Of a stretch of DNA of 63,135 nucleotides, positions 40,410-51,249 are shown in pieces (the stretch's first letter is position 1; every line of letters begins with the position of its first letter). Under the pieces are notes generated by a model. The model saw only the letters and a program-made list of their open reading frames with translations, had not been told where the DNA came from and made no database searches. Location: the sequence record SRR20825010_80; one strand, given 5' to 3'. Both the position numbers and the translations under genes were made by a program.

Positions 40410-41099
40410 ATGGAAAAAGGACTGAATATTCTTAAATGGGCTGAAGAAGATCGCCCACGCGAAAAACTCTTACTGAAAGGTAAGGCAGCACTATCCGATG
40501 CCGAATTAATAGCTATTCTTATTGGCTCGGGGTCTCGTGAACTAAGCGCTGTAGATCTTTCAAAAAAAATCCTCTCAAACTCCAACCATGACCTCAACAC
40601 ATTGGCCAAACAATCGGTCACCGAACTCCAGCAATTCAAGGGGATTGGGGAAGCCAAGGCCATTTCTATTGTGAGCGCCCTAGAATTAGGCAGAAGAAGG
40701 AAAGTGTTTGAATCGGTAAAAAAAATAAAAATTGGCCATTCAAAAGATGCTTATGAGCTTATGAAGGCCGAATTGATGGATCAACCCGTTGAACAATTTT
40801 GGGTAATTATGCTCAAAAGAAATAACGAGGTAATTCAGAAAAGAGTAATTAGCCTAGGCGGTGTTTCGGGTACGGTAGCAGACCCAAAAGTGATCTTCAA
40901 AAAGGCATTAGAAGATTTAGCCAGCGGGATTATTCTCGTTCACAACCACCCTTCTGGTAACCTAAAACCAAGCCAAGCAGACATTAAACTTACCGAAAAG
41001 CTAAAAAATGCTGGAAGCTTACTTGAAATCCCGGTTTTAGACCATATCATCTTTACCGATGACGGTTACTATAGCTTTACGGATGAGAGTTTAATCTAA
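40410..41099 (+). CDS. radC: RadC / JAB-domain protein
   Basis: EDRPREKL, LSDAELIAIL, GIGEAKA, HNHPSG...S..D, LDHII. Confidence 0.93.
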   Translation: MEKGLNILKWAEEDRPREKLLLKGKAALSDAELIAILIGSGSRELSAVDLSKKILSNSNHDLNTLAKQSVTELQQFKGIGEAKAISIVSALELGRRRKVFESVKKIKIGHSKDAYELMKAELMDQPVEQFWVIMLKRNNEVIQKRVISLGGVSGTVADPKVIFKKALEDLASGIILVHNHPSGNLKPSQADIKLTEKLKNAGSLLEIPVLDHIIFTDDGYYSFTDESLI

Positions 41100-41157
41100 C
41101 CTACACTTAAATCAACTTTACATTTGAGTTTCAGCCTTTTCAACCTTACTTTGTAGC

Positions 41158-41775
41158 ATGAAAAGGAGCACCATTTTCGTTATTTTGATCGTTTTGTTAT
41201 TAGGTGTCACTGTTTTTAACTTTCTCTCCGTTGGAGAGAGCACTAAAGATTATACAGAGCGAATTGAAACAGAAAGAAAAGACAAAGACAAGCGAATGCT
41301 CGCCTCAAGTTCTCCCCTACTGGATGAAGAGAAGAAAATCTTCACGAAGCTCAACTATTACCCCGTAAACGAAGATTATAAGATCTTAGCACGCCTCATT
41401 GAAATAAAAAGGAAAGTGCCCATCTTCATTACCACCACTACTGGCGAGCAGGAAAAGTACATTCCATATGCCCATGCACAATTCGAACTAGAAGGCAAGC
41501 AGCAAAAGCTATTGCTCTACAAAGATTGGGACGATGAAAACCCAAATCGATTGTTCTTGATGTTTGCCGATGACACCAGTGGTGGCGAAACATATGGAGG
41601 AGGTAGGTATATGGATTTGTTAGAAACTGGTACAAATTCCATCATTTTGGACTTTAATACAGCCTACAATCCCTACTGTCATTTCAACCCAGAATACAGC
41701 TGCCCCATCCCTCCTGCCGAGAATTTGCTAAAAGTTCCAATTAAAGCAGGCGAAAAGCTCTACAAAAACCTTTAA
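41158..41775 (+). CDS. DUF1684 protein
   Basis: F.D.TSG.ETYGGGRY, LDFN.AYNPYC, CPIPP.EN. Confidence 0.9.
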   Translation: MKRSTIFVILIVLLLGVTVFNFLSVGESTKDYTERIETERKDKDKRMLASSSPLLDEEKKIFTKLNYYPVNEDYKILARLIEIKRKVPIFITTTTGEQEKYIPYAHAQFELEGKQQKLLLYKDWDDENPNRLFLMFADDTSGGETYGGGRYMDLLETGTNSIILDFNTAYNPYCHFNPEYSCPIPPAENLLKVPIKAGEKLYKNL

Positions 41776-41801
41776 GCACATTGTTGGAAAGCTTAAATCA
41801 T

Positions 41802-41809
41802 TAATTTTG
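41802..41809 (+). promoter_or_regulatory. Bacteroidota -7 promoter box for the pheT operon
   Basis: TAATTTTG. Confidence 0.55.
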
Positions 41810-41849
41810 CTCTTTCACCTAAGTTTGGTGGAGCAAGTAACTTATCAGC

Positions 41850-44264
41850 ATGAAGATTTCCCTTAACTGGCTTAAAGAATACATTCAAATTACTGAATCT
41901 GCAGAAGAAATTGCAGCGCTTTTAACTGGATCTGGACTCGAAGTAGAAACTTGGGAGGAAGTAGAATCGGTAAAAGGCGGCCTTAAAGGCTTGGTCATTG
42001 GTGAAGTCATCACTTGTGCAAAACACCCCAACGCAGATAAACTAAGCGTAACAACCATTGATATTGGAGGAGAACAACTTTCTCCGATTGTCTGTGGCGC
42101 CCCAAACGTAAAAGCAGGACAAAAAGTAATTATTGCTACCGTAGGTGCTACTTTATATCCAAGTTCTGGTGATTCATTTCAAATAAAAAAAGCCAAGATC
42201 AGAGGCGAAGTTTCAGAAGGAATGATTTGTGCCGAAGATGAAATAGGACTTGGTCAATCGCATGATGGTATTTTAGTGGTTGATACAGATTTACCCAACG
42301 GTACTCCTGCCGCAGACTATTTTAATTTAGAGTCTGATTTCGTTTTCGAAATAGGATTAACCCCCAACAGAGCAGATGGCGCTTCGCACATTGGTGTAGC
42401 CCGAGACTTAAAAGCTCTTCTCAATAGAAAAGTTGAATTCCCTTCTGTTGAAAGCTTCAAAGTAGACAATGAAAAAAGAGTCATTCCGGTAACCGTTGAA
42501 AATACCGAAGCATGCCCAAGATATTCTTCCCTTACCATAACTGGAGTTACAGTAACTGATTCTCCTGATTGGCTAAAAGCTAGATTGAATTCAATTGGGA
42601 TCAAGCCAACGAACAACGTGGTGGACATTACCAATTATGTACTTCATAGCCTTGGCCAACCTATGCATGCGTTTGATGCGGATGAAATTGTAGGAGATAA
42701 AATAACAGTGAAAACGCTTCCCGAAGGAACGACATTCACAACGTTAGATGAAAAGGAAAGAAAACTAGCCGATACAGACCTGATGATTTGTAATGAGGCT
42801 GGCGGAATGTGTATTGCTGGTGTATTTGGTGGTATAAAATCAGGCGTTAAGAAAACCACTAAAAACGTATTTTTAGAAAGCGCCTATTTCTCTCCAGACT
42901 ATACCAGGAGAAGTGCACAGAAACATCAATTAAAAACAGATGCCTCTTTCCGTTATGAGCGTGGAACAGACCCTAATATTACGGTTTATGCTTTAAAGTA
43001 TGCGGCATTGCTTATTAAAGAGTTTGCTGGAGGCGAAATTTCATCACCAATTGCTGACTTCTACCCAACGCCAATCGAAGATTTCAAGGTAGAAGTGAAA
43101 TTCGCGAATATCGACCGATTGATAGGCAAAGCAATTGGGAATGACCGAATCAAGTCTATTCTAGAAAGCTTGGATATTCAAGTTCAGAATGAAACTGAAG
43201 CTGGCTTTACTGCTATTGTTCCTCCTTTCCGTGTAGATGTTCAGCGCGAAGCTGATATTGTAGAAGAAGTATTGAGAATTTACGGCTACAACAATATTGA
43301 GATTGACGAGCATTTAAGCAGCTCATTTCTTTCCGAGTTTCCAGCCAAAGATGCAGATGGCATCAAAAAGGAAACCTCTCGTTTGTTGGCTGGCGCAGGG
43401 TTTCATGAAATCGTAACCAACTCACTGACTAAAGATGGTTATTCCAATGCTACTGCTGCCATTGATGAAAATGACAATGTTAAAATTCTCAACTATTTGA
43501 GTGAAGATTTGAACGTAATGCGTCAAACACTTTTATTCCATGGCCTCGAGGTTATCGATAGAAATGTAAAACGTAAAAATGGCGACCTAAGACTTTTTGA
43601 ATTTGGAACCACTTATCATTTCATCAAGGAAAAATATGTAGAGCGTTCTAGGCTTTCACTGTTCGTGACAGGAAATGCTACACCCGAAAGCTGGCTTTCC
43701 CCAAGCAGGAAGGTGAACTTTCATGATTTGTCTGCCATTGTACTTAAGCTATTATCCAAGTTTGGCATCAGTAAAATCGAAAGTCAAGAAACGGAAAGTG
43801 AGTTATTCGGCTATGGATTAACAATTTCTACGAATAAAAAACCAATCGTACACCTTGGAAAGGTGAACGCAGAAGTGGCCAAATTAACGGATGTTTCTAC
43901 CGAAGTATTCTTTGCTGACTTCGATTGGGACTATATTCAAAAACTTTATACTTCTGAATTTACCTTCCAACCGATCTCTAAATACCCTGAGGTAAAAAGA
44001 GACTTGTCATTGGTTGTTGATAAAGCGATAAATTTTGATGACATTCGGAAGTTAGCAGAAAAGCTTGAACGATCATTGATCAATAGAGTCAGTGTTTTTG
44101 ACGTATATGAAGGCGACAAAATTGACGCAGGTAAAAAAGCCTATGCCGTTAGTTTCTACCTTCAAGACCAAGAAAAGACATTAACAGACAAGGTGATTGA
44201 TAAAAGCATGAGCCGATTAATGCAAGGTTTTGAGCGCGAGCTTGGAGCAGTAATAAGAAAATAA
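41850..44264 (+). CDS. pheT: Phenylalanine-tRNA ligase beta subunit
   Basis: MKISLNWL, HPNADKL, CGAPNV, TPNRAD, FDX-ACB C-terminus. Confidence 0.98.
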   Translation: MKISLNWLKEYIQITESAEEIAALLTGSGLEVETWEEVESVKGGLKGLVIGEVITCAKHPNADKLSVTTIDIGGEQLSPIVCGAPNVKAGQKVIIATVGATLYPSSGDSFQIKKAKIRGEVSEGMICAEDEIGLGQSHDGILVVDTDLPNGTPAADYFNLESDFVFEIGLTPNRADGASHIGVARDLKALLNRKVEFPSVESFKVDNEKRVIPVTVENTEACPRYSSLTITGVTVTDSPDWLKARLNSIGIKPTNNVVDITNYVLHSLGQPMHAFDADEIVGDKITVKTLPEGTTFTTLDEKERKLADTDLMICNEAGGMCIAGVFGGIKSGVKKTTKNVFLESAYFSPDYTRRSAQKHQLKTDASFRYERGTDPNITVYALKYAALLIKEFAGGEISSPIADFYPTPIEDFKVEVKFANIDRLIGKAIGNDRIKSILESLDIQVQNETEAGFTAIVPPFRVDVQREADIVEEVLRIYGYNNIEIDEHLSSSFLSEFPAKDADGIKKETSRLLAGAGFHEIVTNSLTKDGYSNATAAIDENDNVKILNYLSEDLNVMRQTLLFHGLEVIDRNVKRKNGDLRLFEFGTTYHFIKEKYVERSRLSLFVTGNATPESWLSPSRKVNFHDLSAIVLKLLSKFGISKIESQETESELFGYGLTISTNKKPIVHLGKVNAEVAKLTDVSTEVFFADFDWDYIQKLYTSEFTFQPISKYPEVKRDLSLVVDKAINFDDIRKLAEKLERSLINRVSVFDVYEGDKIDAGKKAYAVSFYLQDQEKTLTDKVIDKSMSRLMQGFERELGAVIRK

Positions 44265-44265
44265 G

Positions 44266-44562
44266 ATGGCAGAATTATCGCTTTTTCAACGGCTAGACCG
44301 GGTGCAACAGCAGTTAAAACAACTGGTGAGCAAGCATGAAGTGTTGAAGCAAGAGAACAAAGCGCTAACAAACCAAAACACTGAGTTAAAAGGGCAAATA
44401 ATTGACCTTCGAACTCAAATTTCAGATTTTAAAAATCAGGATAAAATCACTAAAATTGTATCAAACACAACCGTAGAAAAGGAAGAGTCTACAGCGTTGA
44501 AACATAAGTTAAACGAGTACATTAAGGAAATAGATAAATGTATTGCTCATTTAAGTGAGTAG
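44266..44562 (+). CDS. Coiled-coil protein (ZapB-like)
   Basis: Heptad pattern, C-terminal IKEIDKCIAHL, located directly upstream of zapA. Confidence 0.75.
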   Translation: MAELSLFQRLDRVQQQLKQLVSKHEVLKQENKALTNQNTELKGQIIDLRTQISDFKNQDKITKIVSNTTVEKEESTALKHKLNEYIKEIDKCIAHLSE

Positions 44563-44571
44563 TATGATCAT

Positions 44572-44862
44572 ATGGTAGACATTCTATCAATAAAAATCAA
44601 AATTGGGGACCGAGAGTACCCTATGAAAGTTAAACCTGAAGAGGAGCAAAGGGTACGTAATGCAGGCAAGTTAATAAATGAAAAATTACGATCTTTTAAA
44701 GACCAGTTTGGTATAGATGACAAAGAAGATCTCTTAGCCATGGTAGCATTCGATAGTATGATCGCAAAGATGAAAGTGGAAAGCGAAGTAGCATCAATAG
44801 ATTCTACAACGTCTGACCAGTTAAATCAGCTTGAAGACATCATTAAAACAGCCCTCTCCTAA
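44572..44862 (+). CDS. zapA: Cell division protein ZapA
   Basis: IKIKIGDREYPM...EE..VR.A, D..D.LAM. Confidence 0.88.
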   Translation: MVDILSIKIKIGDREYPMKVKPEEEQRVRNAGKLINEKLRSFKDQFGIDDKEDLLAMVAFDSMIAKMKVESEVASIDSTTSDQLNQLEDIIKTALS

Positions 44863-44925
44863 TTCCTTAAATACCGATTTAGATTACGTTTCAGTACACT
44901 TCCAATTCTACCTATAGATTCACAT

Positions 44926-46491
44926 ATGGGAGAAACAGTTACAATCCTCATTACGGCCATCGGAGCGTTGGCTATAGGGGTGTTCATAGGAAGACTTCTG
45001 TTACAAAAAGTTAACACGAAGGCTGCTCAAGAACTTGCAGAAAAAGGCAAACTAATCATGAAAGAGGCTGAACTTACAGCCGAAACCCTCAAAAAAGATA
45101 AAATTCTTGAGGCCAAAGAAAAGTACCTACAGCTTAAGTCTGAGTTTGAAGAAGAGGTTAATCGCAAGAAAAACCAAATCATCTCCAACGAAAACAAGCT
45201 CAAACAAAAAGAAACTTCACTCAATGCTCAACTAGAAAAGGTAAAGCGAAAAGAAGCCGAAGTTGATAGCATTAAAGAGAATGTAGAAGCACAGTTAGAA
45301 ATTGTTCGAAAACGAAAAGACGACCTTGAAAAAAAGGTGGATGAAAAAGTAAGAGCACTAGAAAAAGTCGCCCAACTTTCCGCTGACGAAGCCCGAGATC
45401 AACTGATGGAAACCTTAAAAGTTGAAGCGGAATCAAACGCATCGGTACTCATTAAAGACATTATTGATGAAGCCAAGCTAACAGGGGCCAAAGAAGCCAA
45501 GAAGATTGTTATTGAATCCATTCAAAGAACCGCCACGGAACATGCCGTTGAAAACTGTGTATCCATTTTCCACATTGAAAGCGATGATGTAAAGGGTAAA
45601 ATCATTGGTAGAGAAGGCAGAAACATCCGTGCACTAGAGGCCGCTACTGGGGTGGAAATTATTGTTGACGATACACCTGAAGCGATCATCATTTCAGGTT
45701 TCGATCCAGTAAGAAGAGAAGTTGCTAGACTTTCTTTGCATAGACTTGTTACTGATGGTAGAATTCACCCAGCAAGAATTGAAGAAATTGTGACCAAAAC
45801 CACTCAAAACATTGAGGAGGAAATCGTAGAGATTGGCGAAAGAACGGTGATCGACTTGGGTATTCATGGCCTCCATCCTGAACTTATCAAGCTGGTAGGT
45901 AGAATGAGGTTTAGATCATCTTATGGTCAAAACTTACTTCAACACTCAAGAGAAGTAGCTAGGCTTTGTGCTACCATGGCATCAGAGCTAGGCCTAAACG
46001 CCAAACGTGCGAAAAGAGCAGGCTTGCTTCATGATATTGGAAAAGTTTGGCCAGAAGAGCCAGAAATTCCACATGCATTATTAGGAATGGAATTGGCTCA
46101 GAAATACAAAGAGCATCCAGAAATTTGTAATGCCATTGGAGCTCACCACGATGAAATAGAAATGACCTCAATGATTTCTCCACTTATTCAGGCTTGTGAT
46201 GCTATCTCAGGCGCTCGTCCTGGCGCTAGAAGAGAAGTGATGGAGTCTTACATCAAACGACTGAAAGACCTTGAAGCGCTTGCCCTAGACTTTGATGGAG
46301 TGAATAAATGCTACGCCATACAGGCCGGTAGAGAGTTAAGGGTTTTGGTAGATGCCGACTCCGTTTCTGATACTACTGCGGGTCAGCTTTCGTTTGATAT
46401 CTCTCAGAAAATTGAAAAGGATATGCAGTACCCAGGACAAATTAAGGTGACTGTAATTCGTGAAATGAGAGCGGTAAACTACGCCAAATAG
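44926..46491 (+). CDS. rny: Ribonuclease Y
   Basis: N-terminal TM, coiled coil, KH ([13 protein letters not shown]), HD (LLHDIGK). Confidence 0.97.
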   Translation: MGETVTILITAIGALAIGVFIGRLLLQKVNTKAAQELAEKGKLIMKEAELTAETLKKDKILEAKEKYLQLKSEFEEEVNRKKNQIISNENKLKQKETSLNAQLEKVKRKEAEVDSIKENVEAQLEIVRKRKDDLEKKVDEKVRALEKVAQLSADEARDQLMETLKVEAESNASVLIKDIIDEAKLTGAKEAKKIVIESIQRTATEHAVENCVSIFHIESDDVKGKIIGREGRNIRALEAATGVEIIVDDTPEAIIISGFDPVRREVARLSLHRLVTDGRIHPARIEEIVTKTTQNIEEEIVEIGERTVIDLGIHGLHPELIKLVGRMRFRSSYGQNLLQHSREVARLCATMASELGLNAKRAKRAGLLHDIGKVWPEEPEIPHALLGMELAQKYKEHPEICNAIGAHHDEIEMTSMISPLIQACDAISGARPGARREVMESYIKRLKDLEALALDFDGVNKCYAIQAGRELRVLVDADSVSDTTAGQLSFDISQKIEKDMQYPGQIKVTVIREMRAVNYAK

Positions 46492-46546
46492 AATTGTAGT
46501 CAGTGTACAGAAATGTCTGATAAGAATTTCTCCATCAGGCGATAAC

Positions 46547-46587
46547 AAAAATGGCTGGCCTTCAGATGAAGGCCAGCCATTTTTTTT
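46547..46587. terminator. Bidirectional intrinsic terminator
   Basis: AAAAATGGCTGGCCTTC-AGAT-GAAGGCCAGCCATTTTT. Confidence 0.92.
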
Positions 46588-46610
46588 GGTCAATCGCTTA
46601 TTATAGCGGT

Positions 46611-48671
46611 TTATCCTTTACTCTTCTTGGCAGCAATCTGCTCCGCTAAGAGTATGATACTTTCCTTTAAGAATGGATCTTTTAATTCGTTCAAAGAGTG
46701 ATTCACTTCTTTGCTTGAGCCTAACTCTTTTAGTGAGTCTCCAATTTTCACTCTGGCATCTCTTTTCTTTTCGAAGTCATCGGCCTCTTTTTTACGTGTA
46801 TCATAATTCAAGGAAACTGAAGTTTTCGCCCTGGCTTTATTCAGCTCATTTATGTCATACTGGTAATCAACCAAGCTCTGATCTGTCTTTAATCTTTCCT
46901 CGTGCGATTTCTTGAGTTGAGCAATCAAGTCACTGTCTACATAATTAAGTGGAGTAAACTTTGCCGCTGGAATTTTATCCCATGGCAATGCACTTGGTTT
47001 CGAGCTCTCTCCAAATTCTTCGGCACTAAAAGCAGACGGCAGGCTAATATCTGGTGAAACACCCAAATGCTGAGTGCTGCTTCCTGTTACCCTATAGAAT
47101 TTTGCTATGGTATATTTGATCAAGCCCAGTTCATCAGTAGTTGGCTCCCTTAAGAAATCATTCAATCCTCTCACATTCTGAACTGTTCCTTTACCGTAAG
47201 TCTGCTCTCCAACAATCACAGCTCTTTTATAGTCCTGCAATACGGCAGCAAAAATTTCAGAAGCCGAGGCAGAAAAACGGTTTGTCATAACGCTCAAAGG
47301 TCCAGAATAAAACATTTTCTCCTTATCGTCTTCCTGAGCGATTTGGCCATTCGCATACTTAATTTGAACTACTGGCCCACCTGGCAAGAATAAACCTGAC
47401 AAGCCAATGGCTTCAAGTAATGAGCCTCCGCCATTGTTTCTTAAATCCAACATCACCCCATCTACACCGTCTTCTTGCAGTTGGGTAATTAGCTTTTTCA
47501 CATCGCTGGTAGCACTACTGTAATCCTTTTCACCACCTTCAAGGCCTTCAGAATCCAAATAGAAATCGGGAAGCGTTATAACTCCCAAGTTGTAAGTTTT
47601 ACCAGCTTCTTCATATTGAACGACTTGACTTTTAGCCTTGGCCTCATCGTACTTAATTTTGTCTCGAACTATATTTACAATTTTTGTTTGCCCACCAACG
47701 GGTCTTCCCGCAGGCAAGAACTCAATGCGAACCAAGGTTCCTTTTGCGCCACGAACTTGACCTGCCACTTCATCAGACCTCCAGCCAACTACATCAACCA
47801 TTTCACCTTCGGCACCTTGTGCAATTCCCACTATCCTATCATCGACATCAATCTGACCACTTAAAAAAGCTGGGCCACCAGGACGCAACTCTACAATTTT
47901 GGTGAAATCGTCATCTTGCTGTAAAGTAGCACCTATTCCTTCCATGGCTTTAGAACTTTCACGCTGAAAGTCTTCGGCACTTCTTGGCCCAAAATAACTC
48001 GTATGAGGGTCGAATGACTCAGTCACTGAATTCATTAGTATCTCGAAAACATCAGTGCTGTTGTACTTATCTACATTGCTTTTAAAACGTTCGTAACGTG
48101 TTACAAGCGTTTCAGAAATCTTCTTGTCATCAGAACCACTTAATTTTAAGCTTAATGCCTGACTCTTTATAATTTTCCTCCAGAGTTCATCTTGCCCTTG
48201 AGCGGACTGAGGATAAGGAGCCTTCTCTCTATCAAAGACAAATTCTTCGTTCTGAGTAAAGTCAAATATATTTTGCGATTCGGCTAAAGCATATTTAAGG
48301 CGCTCTTCCACCCTCTTTTTATAAATATTGAAAATGTAAAAGGCTGGGACCAAATTCCCTCTTTTCAAATCTTCATCAAAGGCAAAGCGATACTTCTGAA
48401 ACGACTTAATATCCGCAGCTAAAAAGTAATTTTTGCTCCCATCCAATGACTCAATGAAGTTATCTAGAATGACTGAAGACAATGAATCATTTAAATCAAC
48501 ATCTCTATAATGGAAAAAATCAAGGATCTGAGTCACCATAATGGCTTCCTTGATGTGCTCCGATTTAGGCTGCAAATACTTTGTGGTATCAGCCGTATCG
48601 GAAGCATAAATATTGGTGCTGCCCAATAATATGAGAGCAGGTATGATAATTAACTTTTTAAACAATTTCAT
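46611..48671 (-). CDS. prc: Carboxy-terminal processing (tail-specific) protease, S41A
   Basis: DPHTSY, PDZ (GIGA), DLRNNGGGSL, SASASEI, GKGTVQ; start placed at MKLFKK. Confidence 0.9.
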   Translation of the reverse strand: MKLFKKLIIIPALILLGSTNIYASDTADTTKYLQPKSEHIKEAIMVTQILDFFHYRDVDLNDSLSSVILDNFIESLDGSKNYFLAADIKSFQKYRFAFDEDLKRGNLVPAFYIFNIYKKRVEERLKYALAESQNIFDFTQNEEFVFDREKAPYPQSAQGQDELWRKIIKSQALSLKLSGSDDKKISETLVTRYERFKSNVDKYNSTDVFEILMNSVTESFDPHTSYFGPRSAEDFQRESSKAMEGIGATLQQDDDFTKIVELRPGGPAFLSGQIDVDDRIVGIAQGAEGEMVDVVGWRSDEVAGQVRGAKGTLVRIEFLPAGRPVGGQTKIVNIVRDKIKYDEAKAKSQVVQYEEAGKTYNLGVITLPDFYLDSEGLEGGEKDYSSATSDVKKLITQLQEDGVDGVMLDLRNNGGGSLLEAIGLSGLFLPGGPVVQIKYANGQIAQEDDKEKMFYSGPLSVMTNRFSASASEIFAAVLQDYKRAVIVGEQTYGKGTVQNVRGLNDFLREPTTDELGLIKYTIAKFYRVTGSSTQHLGVSPDISLPSAFSAEEFGESSKPSALPWDKIPAAKFTPLNYVDSDLIAQLKKSHEERLKTDQSLVDYQYDINELNKARAKTSVSLNYDTRKKEADDFEKKRDARVKIGDSLKELGSSKEVNHSLNELKDPFLKESIILLAEQIAAKKSKG

Positions 48672-48849
48672 AATAAGTAATAAGCTTTTCAAACTCAATA
48701 AACCCAAATGGGGGAAGAGCATAAATCTAACGAAAATAAGTGCTTTTCGTCTTTACCGATGATCACATTCTTTGGATACAACAATTAAACCAATTCTAAT
48801 CATTTAGGTTGCGACCCCTACACTCTATAATGTTAAAGTTTGCTAAATT

Positions 48850-51231
48850 CTATTCGCACCTCAACGATTTGGCTGGATTTACCATGGCCGCTTTAACCGA
48901 TTGATAGGTTACTGTGGCCAATGCTATAAACAAAGCCACAACTGCCGAAGCCAAGAACCAGAGCCAATTAATGTCAACGCGATAGGCAAAATCACTCAAC
49001 CAATATTCCATCATATAATAGGCCAAAGGACTGGCCAACAGCACGGCTACAATGATCAGCTTAGTAAATTGATTTGAAAGCAATATAACGATTCCGAAAA
49101 TTGAGGCACCCAGTACTTTCCTCACTCCAATCTCCTTCGTTTTTTGTTGAGCAGTAAAGGCTGAAAGCCCAAATAAGCCCAAGCAAGCAATAAAAATAGC
49201 GAGCCAAGTAAAACTAAAAACTAGGGTACCAAACTTTTCATCGGACTGGTATTGCTGACCAAATTCCTCATCAAAGAAACGGTATTCTAACGGGCTATTG
49301 GGGAACACTTCAGTCCAAGTATCTTGTACAAAAGCCATTGTTTTGCTTATATCTGTTGTATTCAATTTAATGGCCAAACTACCTCCGCCATTAGGGTTAT
49401 AGAACATGGCCAATGGTTCGATTTGATAACGAAGTGAAGCAAAATGAAAATCTTTCACTACACCAATAATGGTGGACTCATTTTGGCCAAAAGTAAGTTT
49501 CTTTCCTATTGGCTCATTCCATGCCAACTGCTTGGCCATGGCCTCATTAATAATCACAGCCTGCTGCTGATCCGTGGCAATTTCCTTATTGAAGAGTCTT
49601 CCTTGGGCAATTTCCATCCCCATTAAGTCAACAAAGTGCTCATCGAAGTTAAGCACACTGACGATCCATCGGTCATCTGGGCCCGCACCTTCTGGAGTAA
49701 CACTTCTACGCCCAAAAGTTCTTCCTGGCATTGAAGCGGTACCAGCCGTGGCTATGATCGATGGATTTTGTTCTAGCTTATTTTTAAGTACTTGTATGGA
49801 AGACTGTAAACTTGGATGGCTTACATCCAAAGTGAGGATTTGTTCTGTATCAAAACCTTTGTCGGCATTGCGCAAAAGTTGCAATTGGTCATAGACTATG
49901 GTGGTACCGATAATCATGACTATGGACACCATAAACTGAAAGACGACCAAAGATTTTCTTAGAATAACGCCCTTTCCACTGGTTTTAAAAGAACCGCGAA
50001 GGATGCTAATTGGGCTAAAACTGGAGAGCATAAAAGCAGGATAACTTCCTGAAAACAGGCCTAAAACGATTGTTAATGCTATTGCCCCTACTACCCAAAC
50101 TGGATTAGAAATAAAGTGAATGGCCAAATTATCATTAAACGGAAGACTCACTACCGAACCCAATGCGGCCACTAAGCCTATGGCGATCACCAGGGAAAAA
50201 AGGCAAAGGAAAATTGACTCTACCATGAACTGATTGATCAGCTGCTTTTTCACCGCACCGAACACTTTCCTAATCCCGACTTCCATTGCCCTATTGGCCG
50301 ATCTGGCGGTGGACAAATTCATGAAATTGAACGATGCAATGAGCATAACAAAAAGACCAACGGCTGCCAAAGTATATACATAGCCTTCATCCGTTTTATT
50401 TAGGTTATAGTTCTCAAAAAGAATTCCGCTAGATTTTAAATGAACATCCTTTAAAGGTTGAAGCGTTACGCTAAAATTCTCGCCAACATTATTCGCACGA
50501 ATCAGGGTTTCCATTTTCTCTTCAACAGCTTCTTCACTCACAGGATTGGCCAACTCTACATAAGTAACCATACTGATACTCTGCCAAGAATTGAGAAATT
50601 GTGCAAAACCAGAGGTAGTATCTGCCTGCTGCATTGAAACAATGACATCGAAATTAAGGTGGCTATTTTCGGTCACATCTTTCATAACGGCCACCACTTC
50701 CAAATTTGGTTGGCCTCCAATATCTATTCGCTTCCCAATGGGGTTATCTGAGCCAAAAGTTTTCTGCGCCATGCTTTGGGTTACCACCACAGTGTTAGGG
50801 TTTTTCAAGGCATTTTCCATGTCGCCTTCCACCAATTTAAAATCGAACATTTCAAAAATAGAAGGCTCGGCATAGGCAAAATGATCGGTATAAAAGCCTT
50901 GTTGCTCATAGGTAATCAGCTGCCTTCCCTGAGTTAACATTCTCACCCTGTTTACTACTTCAGGAAAATTATCTTCCATAGATGCTCCTAAAACGGGAAG
51001 GGTAATACCTACCAAACTATTGCTTACCCCCAAGGCCCTGTCGATAGTGAGCACCCGAAAGATTTTATCAGATTTAGAATGAAACTTATCGAACGACAAT
51101 TCATTCTGAACAAACAGAAAAATAATGATACAACAGGCCATACCTATCGATAGGCCTAACACATTGATGACTGAAGTTGCTTTACTTTTCAACAAACTTC
51201 TTAGCGCAATTTTGATGTAGTTCTTGATCAT
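48850..51231 (-). CDS. Duplicated MacB/FtsX-type ABC permease
   Basis: MIKNYIKIALR, NFMNLSTARS..RA.EVGIRK, KEIGVRKVLGA, NPAKSLR. Confidence 0.92.
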   Translation of the reverse strand: MIKNYIKIALRSLLKSKATSVINVLGLSIGMACCIIIFLFVQNELSFDKFHSKSDKIFRVLTIDRALGVSNSLVGITLPVLGASMEDNFPEVVNRVRMLTQGRQLITYEQQGFYTDHFAYAEPSIFEMFDFKLVEGDMENALKNPNTVVVTQSMAQKTFGSDNPIGKRIDIGGQPNLEVVAVMKDVTENSHLNFDVIVSMQQADTTSGFAQFLNSWQSISMVTYVELANPVSEEAVEEKMETLIRANNVGENFSVTLQPLKDVHLKSSGILFENYNLNKTDEGYVYTLAAVGLFVMLIASFNFMNLSTARSANRAMEVGIRKVFGAVKKQLINQFMVESIFLCLFSLVIAIGLVAALGSVVSLPFNDNLAIHFISNPVWVVGAIALTIVLGLFSGSYPAFMLSSFSPISILRGSFKTSGKGVILRKSLVVFQFMVSIVMIIGTTIVYDQLQLLRNADKGFDTEQILTLDVSHPSLQSSIQVLKNKLEQNPSIIATAGTASMPGRTFGRRSVTPEGAGPDDRWIVSVLNFDEHFVDLMGMEIAQGRLFNKEIATDQQQAVIINEAMAKQLAWNEPIGKKLTFGQNESTIIGVVKDFHFASLRYQIEPLAMFYNPNGGGSLAIKLNTTDISKTMAFVQDTWTEVFPNSPLEYRFFDEEFGQQYQSDEKFGTLVFSFTWLAIFIACLGLFGLSAFTAQQKTKEIGVRKVLGASIFGIVILLSNQFTKLIIVAVLLASPLAYYMMEYWLSDFAYRVDINWLWFLASAVVALFIALATVTYQSVKAAMVNPAKSLRCE

Positions 51232-51249
51232 ATTCTAAGACTTGATTCC

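Noticed and set aside
40410-41099. radC as a marker of a mobile element
   Set aside because: Full-length chromosomal type in a housekeeping context next to rpsT.
41850-44264. pheT without pheS
   Set aside because: Separation of pheS and pheT is usual in Bacteroidota.
44863-44925. 6S RNA expected near zapA
   Set aside because: The 63-bp gap is too short and shows no long hairpin.
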